A stretch of DNA of 64,000 nucleotides from Diplonema japonicum. Lineage: Eukaryota > Protista > Euglenozoa: Diplonemea. The notes under the pieces are model-generated. The model was not told where the DNA came from, ran no database searches, and worked only from the letters and a program-made list of their open reading frames with translations. Shown here in pieces: positions 27,001-28,318 of this stretch (position 1 is its first letter; each line of letters begins with the position of its first letter). A program made the position numbers and the translations under genes. Location: positions 186,001 to 250,000 of the forward strand of contig OZ025711.1 of assembly GCA_964019335.1 (NCBI GenBank), written 5' to 3'.

Positions 27001-27858
27001 CTTAGAGTACTCGTTCGGCTCACCGGACTCCCAGTTCTCGTAAGCTCCCGGAGCGGTCTTGAAGCTTGACCCCTTGCCGGTCCCGATGAGCTGCCCCTGC
27101 CCGCAGTCGGGTCCGGTGCACGGGTTCTTGTTCTCAGGAAGGGGGTAGCCCATGTCACAAGCGGTCCTTGCAGCGCCTGTCAGAGCAAGGTTGTAAGGGG
27201 GGCACCCTTCAGGGCCGGTCAGCCAGCGCCACTCCCCTTCCTTCGCGATGTCTGCTGAACCGATCCAACCCTCTCCGTGCAGCTTCGCCGAGGCGACGTC
27301 CTGCTCGTCCTGCGAGGTGATGGTGACGAGGTAGCCTGCAAGGCCAAGGATGTCCTTCGATTTGTCGGCACACTCGGACTGTGCGTCGTCCCAGTGGCAG
27401 AAACCCCCTGTGTTGCAATTCACGCTGTTCTTCGGGTAGTACTCGTAGAAGTGCCCCGTGTGCGTGGAGTACATGGCGTGACCGAAGTTGTAGGTCAGGC
27501 GACGGGAGGTTCCAGCTCCCGACGTCGACGTGAAGGTCACGGTGGCGATGGCCTGTGCGTACTCGTCGATCGTGGCGGTACCAGACATCTGCAAGATGCC
27601 TGTTGTGGTGTCAAAGTTGGGGGTGATCCCCAGCCCGGCACACGCCCCGCAGGTGAGCGTGTCCGTGGCAGGGTCGAAGCCGTCCTCCACGTCCACCACC
27701 GAGCCGCTGATCTGCGTGTTGCAATTACACCCTGCACCAGGCGTGAAAGTGATGTCCGAGCACTTCACGTCTGGAAATGGCGTCATCGGCACTCCTTGGT
27801 TGTAGAAGGTGGCATAGCACGACGCCGTCAGCGACAGCATCATCAACGGGCGATGCAT
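1..27858 (-). CDS. Giant secreted multidomain adhesin/matrix-like protein (C-type lectin x2, vWA x12, ~32 EGF-like repeats, Cys-rich spacers); >=9,286 aa, 3' end outside window
   Basis: ATG at 27858 (MHRPLMMLSLTASCYATFYNQG, signal-peptide-like). The same frame (first codon base = 0 mod 3) still reads ...CQWNASTSGCEVKPC at position 1. None of the minus-strand ORFs I checked in the track for 1-27858 is in this frame, as expected for a single stop-free ORF running off the edge. Spot translations throughout gave coherent domains. Confidence 0.93.
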   Translation of the reverse strand, partial: MHRPLMMLSLTASCYATFYNQGVPMTPFPDVKCSDITFTPGAGCNCNTQISGSVVDVEDGFDPATDTLTCGACAGLGITPNFDTTTGILQMSGTATIDEYAQAIATVTFTSTSGAGTSRRLTYNFGHAMYSTHTGHFYEYYPKNSVNCNTGGFCHWDDAQSECADKSKDILGLAGYLVTITSQDEQDVASAKLHGEGWIGSADIAKEGEWRWLTGPEGCPPYNLALTGAARTACDMGYPLPENKNPCTGPDCGQGQLIGTGKGSSFKTAPGAYENWESGEPNEYSKDCSPATCSTTGEDYGHYYGNGRWNDYPNGHNRIEGYVCEWGGVGELCMNKDDVFGSQIVVAGCDSYKNRGACEARLPADSCKWDTTQSPAKCVEVGCHRYGDETTCEGDVTCDWDTTKSPPECVDNYCAVTHLTEADCNADNTADGPCYWNTNIAGDKKCQTLVCADVTDKCKCIQSSPQCQWDSSRGGCHNPSITKTAVCGDLTTETSCMADTTCNWDSSKTPLCQLSECYPLCTQQTCVAKAGCAWDGNDCRREPPGCAAHTDVAACQQDEKCLWNVMWSTANTCVENPCRTHTDQQSCTAVAVEMPSPCTPPAGNPDYCFLNVCDFDSTKTPTCYPKKCLQTSEGKCLAESGCQWVPLQTPPPAGPPSTLVEYCTEEKCKHTTVQLCENDPYCKWDDQRTTCVEAPCPKHPDELTCDQDKVCHWDASINPPICTPTECGVHTTQGTCETNTNCMWDGSSTPAHCTAATCEKYNTPKKKCGCVADPECSWVVDTTGSGNDHCAKTSYSTCPDLDVAFVLDGSGSMSRSFGNHPHGFYGLLETLRDWVKTLPLTGEDHTVGGASNVKGGGFRLTFIQFSRAEATPAMDHPTGCAVGKCTDGLLSGNLNELMGDIDWHEANYQSHWTYLHDALLDVADHTFLPSQSPSHRKHVVIIIADGGLTDYDGDACSGTSCGRCPSGCDSQWKPTYPGMLDDAQQKLRDEDVVVFGIVMRRFSYHTFQDDNAEAKLKPLVTDPKDDHFMNLMLDEIPGQVLEPFCDPNSKFGKTLIPPVDAKHYQCSTWGFKDECNADSLCEWKTPRLASCPAATGCPELNCQGIPQQYKGLYDCSKCKLQRATVICGASVQSSIDGTCEETHCAKCCDKKCCDADAACGWKTPGETCERKVCEYTDQNACENDPDLLCKWDGSKCDPKPCGSIFVQEKCLNSTNNCQWDTSLDPPVCKQIPTCDTKTDPAVCKNDPSCEWDCNSTTCRDTKCSYPDSGTCSVDSDCEWLGTMCKEKKCTPAKAQVDCKDCDNCVWDPASSTCTEDKCKPLNQADCGNSDVCHWDNNECVTDYCPQYKDDEVKCDHDPRCHWDSVTTPPTCQPTTCTKNHNTQYPGLGDAPSKMGTIDDAACMSDPACKTGTDSKGPYCALASCSDHTKNCDCVRDTNCYWDPAVTAPAAKCKDTKVSSCPDLDVVFVLDGSGSMGARFGTHPHGYYAMLEMLRDWVRTLPLTGEDNTVGINSAVKGGTFRIAFVQFSIENEYWVCKNGADGCDRWKNWGSCTQPRLPAGRICSNGQLTGDLNELENDLDWHEANYMGSLTYMAAALDDAVDIFHGSPAHRAHVLVIITDGQMNPLEPQKSQEIPAIRQKLDAEGVVTFGVVVRKTAAHTKADIDAEETLKPVTSDAHDDHFVNVPLDDMLTEVFNDFCDPAGRFGSAIRQQAQNQNSANNTAPPAQSSAVPCSKWGVKLECRSDQACNWKTPAPTSCPGNGCTNLNCLELPAAQVSAGMTCANCKLSGGAVSCTAGSSNPVGSGYCGATVCEEHCEEVPCEQDTANDCFWDTDKCQRKVCNYPDKNACETDPDDMCMWDTTATPATCVPKKCLHFTQGTCDVDGDCQWDPATLKCKEKDPDCTTITDKLDCLNHVSDACDWKCDTNTCAQKVCRETTDTTCKNSADGCEWDAGSKVCHKQHCVGANTENACISNSACKWTAATSTCEESKCYKHATEAICDHDTDCHWDPTGCEGCKEKYCYKTFTDDASCNADPKGTCMWDSANNKCVDKTCDSYNNPAMGPDRMCDCQADSRCVVDRSVPTAPVCRDQHFTQCPDLDVVVAFDGSTSMNNRFGTHPNGFEGLMEALRDWVQALPLTGEAAGVTSTDTNGRVRVGFSEWDQGVRLAECPACACSPAVGSDGDGIPTTSSMNTKGKTPPRPADKCGKLTGNKAQLLADLDWHEGEKRRPQTLVKEAEEFAGETFKSSPAYRKKILLIFTDGMIQDRSSLGPAGAILAAEGVQTFGIVLTRGNPNFLDQRNLDALKEIVTDPKDSHALMMQIDEAHKVLDDFCDPNSVFGALITSGSTTKPNTEPPCDSIQSIPDCTARATCQWNSITVACEDHPCFKHCGETDCVADTTNKCKFNNGTLQCEKTVCKDHLNQKECVDNDCKWDAAKNPRCDEGPCQATDQAACNNLGKQCTWDTTIQPDPKCVETPCYYDNQTTCEVDTDCEWDAACPDAADQKCVPKRCSQPDHQSQAGCVKDTWCVWTSSLTCELGKCAKYPTEKCCDHDDNCHWDITSSPPVCGEKYCPKTYPTQATKDQCDADSKCMWDSGKQACVEEDCSKLDKCPCRAHPDCYWDAAHNKCTDAKYGECPTMDVIMLMDGSGSMDAWFGNHPHGFYGLIEILRDWAKTLPLTGELAGTNTGPGPAKGGLRLGFVQFSGSNPWWWFSGTPKAIQTPSGTGSSGHLSGDLTQINQDLDWHEANYMGDGTMIEKGLTMVGDMFDASHQHAVRPRILIIFTDGKIYDPNSLGPARTVLDQEDVQTFGIVIRKQQAHTKADVDAEATLKPITSDPHDDHFQNLMLDEISTKVLGDICDPNGKFGHLIVKNSPSTQAGVHAPCPNHADSHLCNADPGCEWHAASNECQDSPCIAHCDEQSCIKDTANLCKWNGTECWKETKCAYTDQTQCVNSPDLCVWDNGVCVLPPCTPNKNQADCEADKDGCAWVNQNGQDVCIVEPCSSTYQSVCSSDPACKWDYPLCGNTTQLQCMPKGCDYFAAKGDCDADVHCVWDAAASTCKDRVCAQFRDERCCDKDPICKWDATTAPAVCSQKKCPAIQKQPKCDEQSDCMWNSTTNKCVDLDCSKFPDMCPCNQHDKCYWKPGAGFAGTGACVAIEFGECPTLDIVLVLDGSGSMSAKFGNHPHGFDALMEMMRDWIETLPLNGEDASVGIKSKKDNGGVRVGIVQFSGWNNWRSEARKTPGGKGSGGRLTGKLQQLEDDVDWHEDNYMGDGTMIEEGLTMAADMFHASPVDGRQRVLFIFTDGQIYDPNSLSGARAELDKEGVQVFGIVVRKATKHTKADLDAEKTLKPITSDPHDDHFKNVMIDEVPDLMKGICDPNGPWGHLIVKDPPQPSSGVHLPCPDYQTQGTCKKDPGCIWSDVGSVCLNSPCLLHCNGSACQGDPSNNCTWVNGSICTNAPDPTCDCAYTTGDPVYNEKMCKADAMCVWDAANSVCQHDECAAGQPGNLTCGAVNQLCMDPTPAPCTDDYYCDCVPPATRDPKTQPGQVAAVCVLDECAVDCPTCAGTTCSDKNQDCFDPTPTVTSLSDWTCTCKPPYTGVAVANAAVCQVDECKDQTCSTCAKTTCSDKNQICHDPDTTVLSDWTCTCPPPSNQSAVAAAVVSCDFDECTIHKDTCENADQTCHDPDQSVTGDWTCTCKAPSNGTATAQVAWCELDECVKTCPSCANTTCTGENQLCDDPNKASHSTGDWTCTCQNPFTGSATAAAAICKLDECSALCTGTTCANATCSNVNQTCHDPDFTKLGDWTCNCPPPSKQPPSPQQPVMGCEVNECDLHKVVCENQGQICEDPDQLVADDWKCKCVPPMNGTATAQAADCTIDECVASCATCANDTCSSEGQTCEDPDISMHSTADWTCTCPPPFTGVAIANSATCLLDECAANCSEPSCAGTTCSAKNQTCHDPDTSTLNDWTCTCPPPSQQPPVVGAPVTGCEENECDKMKQICENVGQTCDDPDQLTPNDWECKCTPPMNGTGVAKPAECTLDECAADCVGPTCANTTCSDANQVCNDPDTAVHSTGDWTCTCPSPYAGVAIGSAAVCRIDECVETCPTCADNACSNATQICNDPDTSKLSDWTCSCPPPAQKPSQVGGPVTPSCDVDECDLHKDTCESQQQTCFDPDQAKAGDWQCKCTPPMNGTATAQPAECTIDECVVSCATCANDTCSSKSQTCEDPDTSMHSTSDWTCTCPPPTTGKAVANSAECVIDECVETCPTCSNGVCSAEGQTCHDPNVAANSTGNWICTCPPPSTGFATGKAATPCVVDECKDPDNEKKCADAGQECVDPNPSLGSRNDWECHCIVPPAIKTASAVMNPAECEYPGECKTDPEAKKCVAAGHICDDPNTDPMSTGDWVCMCPPPSTGTNVTATTPGGVAGMVCETDECVVVCPTCAQTAGSPTNLCTAEGQECRDPDKTKYGDWQCECPTPWTGTPVTGGAANCSLDECVATCPSCSKGACSDEGQTCKDTNTGVHDLNDWICTCPPPGVGSATAKPATCVCDECKEADQKCSAAGQICFDPNTACDSTKDYTCECKAPYSGTATAQAATCEVNECKEKNATCTAVGQICNDPDLTKLDDWECKCPPPSTGMAVGQAASTCKLDECVETCPTCAGTTCSDADQTCTDPNTDASSTGDWICTCKPPAANNSATGKPAVCICDECVGDTLCAGANQSCYDANTACNTPSDFVCECEPPMIGNATGSVAMCSLDECEINSATCIAQGQECNDPDHTKAGDWECKCKPPSVGNATAQAAECVYDECKIQDCPTCANNTCGLQDCEDMNTSPTSTSDWVCKCPPPSNHTATGKMAVCDLDECKDPVNAGKCTEACVPGTLDCGQTCYDPNPTTVSTGDWECLCPPPATGKMVAGPVVHCTYNECDEKETVCAAEGQECEDTNQQTLNDWVCECLPPATGNATVRPARCLLDECKVQNCPTCANDTCKSVGQECEDPDTTATSTGDWVCKCPPPSTHQATAKPAVCEIDECDEPQNNCTANCVAPNTPNCEQTCFDPDTSPTSLGDWTCSCPPPTKGKVVAHAAMCTVDECVEHGATCTAEGQTCTDLNTSRLNDWECVCTDPAKGSAVAQKATCVLDECVEDCDTCSKNTCKDAGQTCEDPNTSESSKSDWICKCPSPSKNTATGKPATCEVDECKENGWKCTADCKGALNCAQLCFDPNTNSTSLDDWKCVCQPPSTDSAVTKAAVCTVEPCIHDNEPACEQDPDGCEWSLLPTPVCKPIPCQHTKEVDCKSETGCEWLVYSGASTNAGTGAVSYEVLVPVKPFPAATCDASCSCTAQNAVFVRIEGGYVNGKDSLACGGCAAAGVTVNWQAAEGSLTVSGGSGVSGDKLAEIVASIEFTTSSTDGGKRSLTWNFGTTQNTAAAATACGGMVDLVGGVCVTEKCDYDTDAKCEADPFCDWVGGTTDPCVIAPCVLYPNEKECSKDPDCRFDVSSSPAMCKEKPCRAFKGPAECNAEDECMWNATQTKCVEKECSKFNDDRCKCHAEDRCYWDVRSTVPKCVESKYGQCPVLDVVMLLDGSGSMSEAFGRHPHGFYAMMEMIRDWVNTLPLTGEDHTVGKASTAPNGGLRMGIIQFSGPVPEAVKTPVGVGSSGSLTGDLTELQGDIDWHEANYIQGSTFIAMGLNWAGTMFQFSPSTRQKVLIIVTDGAIKDTASLAPAKAVLTAEGVKIFGVVLRKAAAHTQEDLDAEAALKPITSDPHDDHFMNVLIDDMPDQVLNGICDPNSKWGQLLMPGASSENQAGMHKPCPQHLVQMECTTDPGCVWSSVGLSCVDSPCVAHCDSTKCTADTVNHCEWKVVNGTTDPSCWVETICAYNDETTCEADDQCDWDASKPDCVERPCNQQTETECEADPKGCEWTAATKTCAEKPCKHTVEADCGADALCEWDACAGVAGGGACQKKSCDPTVFTDEVSCTKDTRCQWVSGVTGFTCVQELCAIHSGERCCNTEVDCHWDISVSPAQCSVKHCAKMNANPAKCDSDSPCVYEGSKCVEKECGKLAECECRKDADCYWNGDKDFCTPFQFGQCPTLDLVLLLDGSGSMSQSFGRHPHGFDAIMEMVRDWVTTLPLSGEKGIVGVNSQANSGKVRVGIIQFSGINAQGADPGRADAQATPAGIGSSGSLTGDLAELNADIDWQETNYYGGGTMIAKGLTDVAQMFHASPNDGRQRVLIIITDGQVFDPDTQAVLQARGELDKERVQVFGVVVRKATAHTAIDDLAEQTLKPMVSVPKDDHFQNLMIDEVPTLVLGEICDPNGKFGRLVVGTNGSSSTGVNKPCKQHTLMGACNADSGCAWYDATLSCADTPCMQHCEEIPCKNDTTNKCAWDSTKSLCQKEPQVGCDSLSAGECPKNPKCELSKDNTTCVDKKCLHDTEQGCVADPDKCVWNNIDQECTEKPCNHPDEATCESDRLCDWNNGNNPLSYSKGVKMSPLNLTCNPTTTCMNGCAGMVNGAAVSIDSADYVKGKDTLECAGCPALGMKTEWSAETGSLLLTSADGQEKSLEKFTEALNKVTFATTSAAGNPRGITWNYGQGVYDARTGHYYRYYSSNTVCQTTGGATTAGCTWEDAKQACAAKAFLGISGYLMTATTDLETEVARGRIAAEGWMGASATNGAWTWSTGPEATTPISSYDNWMTGEPSAVNGDGYIFPNGEWSSVAKTSDKAVLGYACEWGTTSGPACTGSVGNVIVNAGGCAEEKCTETSRTECVADPYCDWVVNTTACVQKPCTDVMEELPCNKKEGCHWSPSISPAMCVEEPCAKLKDSPTCNADNNCAWEDGKKMCVEKNCNDLTKCLCVEDPKCFWKATGTGGSCVKNTYGACPTMDIVVLVDGSQSMSQSFGHHPHGFFALMEMLGDWIQSLPLSGEVATVGAASQANSGKVRVAVVQFSGHPQFFSPPNTWSGPVVESVAVSPVGVGTAGRLSGASAELKSDVDWHESNYLEAGTYIAKGLKRAANIFASSSPVDGRQRVLMIFTDGMIEDAGADKDIMVQARQDLDGLSVQTFGIVVRRFAQHTQTDIDAEATLKPIVSAPQDEHFMNLQIDEVPDQALNGLCDPNGPWGHLIVTPQTTQAGVHQPCLNYLAKTTCVADKGCTWSDVLTSCLDSVCVPHCDQPTCEGETSTKCVWDGSLEECFKKPICPYSDEVNCNNDQECKWDSNKCIEKPCYYPDETSCIADTEADCVWSTVTKKCSEKPCNYNNTADCRADSGCQWEDTCKEPEDQMCIVKPCMHSNETACKEDVMCAWNASGCAVATCAHYPDEKCCNRDDGCHWNVQQAPAVCSQLPCRLLGSEGTCNADRNCMWEGGSSACLEKSCGKYTTRCPCEADPDCFFVAGSNHCTFQRYGTCPTLDVVVLLDGGVSMERKFGRHPQGFYALVEVVRDWARTLPLSGSAAGAATPANNNAARLAFVQFAGSSLWPAGDAKQVLSSTGTGTSEGRLTGVLSEVEKDLEFQEDNFMGGNAARQPAPQTTYLLAGLQKASSLFKAGPVDGRRRVLIVVADSPLNDKDKYQTVMADLAASQVVVFGATVRPFTAQSAGDLQADADLKEVVSDPKDGHFVSVELDQLATSLNGLCDPNSQWGAFIAATAVDREPCNLRVEKTACNKDAGCVWFDTTLSCGDSPCLTHCEAPVCVADTANRCVWNGASCEKEEVCKYPDLAACEADPECEVDKGTCIGKKCKHDTEQGCVADPDSCVWNNLDQTCGEKPCNYDNLDQCTLDSKCAWKPLVPECLPKLCTYVNQTACETTEPGMCVWENSNDKCVPAPCKQYQSEIECKLDEGCDWTSECEPKYCERYAGDSGACDSDGLCMWDETKKKCVDKECGAFQNDTCRCHKDADCFWDKGVCKTAKFGECPTLDIVLAVDGSASMTQTFGRHPHGFYGLMEVLKTWTGKLTLSGEKAGTPTAATGKTRIGVVQFSGKPAIKIPGTDLVDGAQKTPTGTGSGGRLSGDRSEVDADLVWQETNFMEGGTYIAAALDVSADMFQASPRDGRKRVLLIFTDGQIQDADKLVDARKRLEQEEVITFGIVVRRFDAHTQTDIDAEATLKPITSEPHAEHYYNLLLDEISDTLDGLCDPNSMWGKYIVETAQAGVHKPCGNYNEKEACNGDVGCAFRDVLAACVDTPCIKHCSEGLCKSDTANKCFWKADESVCYKEEGCSGYKKETDCNVDTTCAWREDKCVDKPCDYPDENSCTADSTYDCEWSSKDGTCTEKPCQYTEEAACKGDAKCLWDVACVGTGIPAMCVRKPCDYSTAAECTSDALCGWSGSACAMKTCTAYVDERCCNANEEGEGCHWDVKQSPAVCSVGPCRAYGSENACNSERACMWEGTKCGEKDCNKLTDKCACEADPDCFYSTAPGKPHCTFQRYGTCPTLDVVVLLDGGVSMERKFGRHPQGFYALVEVVRDWAQTLPLSGEVAGATAVPAANSQAVRLAFVQFAGSESWAPSDSRQALTATGTGTSEGRFTGSLSEVEADLTFQEANFMGGSLLTQPTPQTTYLLAGLQKAVSLFRTSPVDGRKRVLIIVTDGELDDADKYQTARAELDQAQVQVFGLVVRPFDTHTTLDEKAQQTLQPLVSDPKTGHIVNVQVDEIATSLNGLCDPNAAWGKYVGVVAEGRQPCQLHSMKDSCNKDTGCVWFDATLSCADSPCLEHCDSAKCTADTVNLCKWNGTVNSCGKEEVCKYPGQAECVVDAECEWKNSVCIGKECKHDNEQGCLADPAVCVWDNVKQDCKKKPCVYDNMDSCNLDLECAWNVDAVECEVKKCNYGNQAACETTEPGMCVWNSNNKCVPAPCKQYGNEKLCMADDSCEWSTAIAPGACEVKYCRKYCNMETSICNEDECNQDAACLTDTATSICKEKECGMLKEQCACHKEPGCFWLSGDKTCVDQKYGTCPTLDLVVVFDGSASMSQVFGRHPHGFYGMVEMLRAWVGGLPLSGEKAGAPVTTDPTSRKIRVAFVQFSGVATAPLTKTPIAGSAIKTPAGVGAAGRLSGDFAELSADLDWHEANFMEKGTYVNLGLQMAASILSSSPTDGRRRAVYVITDGQLQDQAYLEDAKAKLDSVSAEVFGIVVRRFASHTKVDTDAEEALKPITSSPHDKHFVNVDMDELASSSSPLTQLCDPATDFGSSIAMGVAGGKHQPCNAYTTKKNCMKDVGCSWNQLSCGTSPCVMHCNETTCNQDVVNECVNGWDSSDETCYRKAVCAGDTVTTCTAETGCQWNASTSGCEVKPC
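390..11140 (-). repeat. Array of 7 vWA domains with Cys-rich spacers (within giant ORF)
   Basis: DGS[GQA]SM or DGGVSM plus FG[RH]HP[HQ]GF motifs near 11100, 9550, 7180, 5600, 4085, 2540 and 980; period about 1.5-1.6 kb. Confidence 0.88.
7650..8380 (-). other. Second beta-sandwich plus C-type lectin-like module, with degenerate sugar-binding motifs (within giant ORF)
   Basis: GKDTLECAGC...VTFATTS...RGITWNYG...TGHYYRYY...CTWEDAKQAC...GISGYLMT...GWMGA...WTWSTGPE...YDNWMTGEPS...GEWSS...GYACEWG. EPN becomes EPS and WND becomes WSS. Confidence 0.8.
12130..17350 (-). repeat. ~32 tandem EGF-like Cys-rich repeats of ~50-57 aa (within giant ORF)
   Basis: Recurrent C.DP[DN]......DW.C.CPPP..G......A.C..DEC motif. 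I counted about 32 D[WFY]xCxC cores between 12150 and 17270, spaced mostly ~150-200 nt. Confidence 0.85.
17710..25470 (-). repeat. Array of 5 vWA domains separated by ~30-aa Cys-rich (C..CxW..C..KxC) repeats (within giant ORF)
   Basis: CP[DT][LM]D-hydrophobic-DGS[GT]SM..FG[NT]HP[HN]G motifs near 25430, 23445, 21535, 19915 and 18340, each followed downstream by a hydrophobic strand ending [TA]DG. Confidence 0.88.
26880..27810 (-). other. N-terminal beta-sandwich-like module plus C-type lectin domain with intact EPN/WND motifs (within giant ORF)
   Basis: Translation: SVVDVEDGFDPATDTLTC...TGILQMSGTATIDEYAQAIATVTFTSTS...RRLTYNFG, then TGHFYEYY...CHWDDAQSEC...GLAGYLVTITSQDEQ...GWIGSADIAKEGEWRWLTGPE...YENWESGEPNEY...GRWNDY...GYVCEWG. 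Boundaries approximate. Confidence 0.85.
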
Positions 27859-28318
27859 CTTAGGAGCTGTGCGCACTCCTAATGAAGGTATTTATTTTTT
27901 TTTTTTGCACCCTTCCTTCTTTTTCTTTAAGTGTTTCCTAAATGATGTTATTGAATTTTAGAAAAAAATGAAACGAAGAATAACAACAAATGGTAATTCA
28001 TTTGACGAAAATCTTGGTACACCTGAAGGGTACTTCTTAAGCGGAAAGTGCCTAACACGTGAAGCAGGCTGCACTGCTTTCAATATGTTCTTCAGGTAAG
28101 GAGGTTCGTACAGGGGTCTGTAATCATAGACAGTTGCATCTAGGTCAAGACAGTGTAAAGAGAATAGCCAATAAACATATCAATTAATCGGCTTATAGAA
28201 AATCAAAGACAAGGAAAAGAAGGGAGGAAGTACTTGTCACTCAAGTGGTGTAATCCCGTGGAAGACTGACCAGGAGCCTCCCATTGAAGGAGATTACCAG
28301 CACAAGACGACTCGTGCG

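Noticed and set aside
178-27882. Long plus-strand ORFs (907, 757, 691, 755, 588, 508 aa etc.) and short minus-strand ORFs in other frames
   Set aside because: Antisense or out-of-frame shadows of the GC3-rich giant ORF, with no recognisable domains and V/L/A/R/H-biased composition.
27960-28145. Open ~60-codon minus-strand stretch (DATVYDYRPLYEPPYLK...) in the intergenic gap
   Set aside because: No in-frame ATG and no phase-compatible splice donor found; insufficient support.
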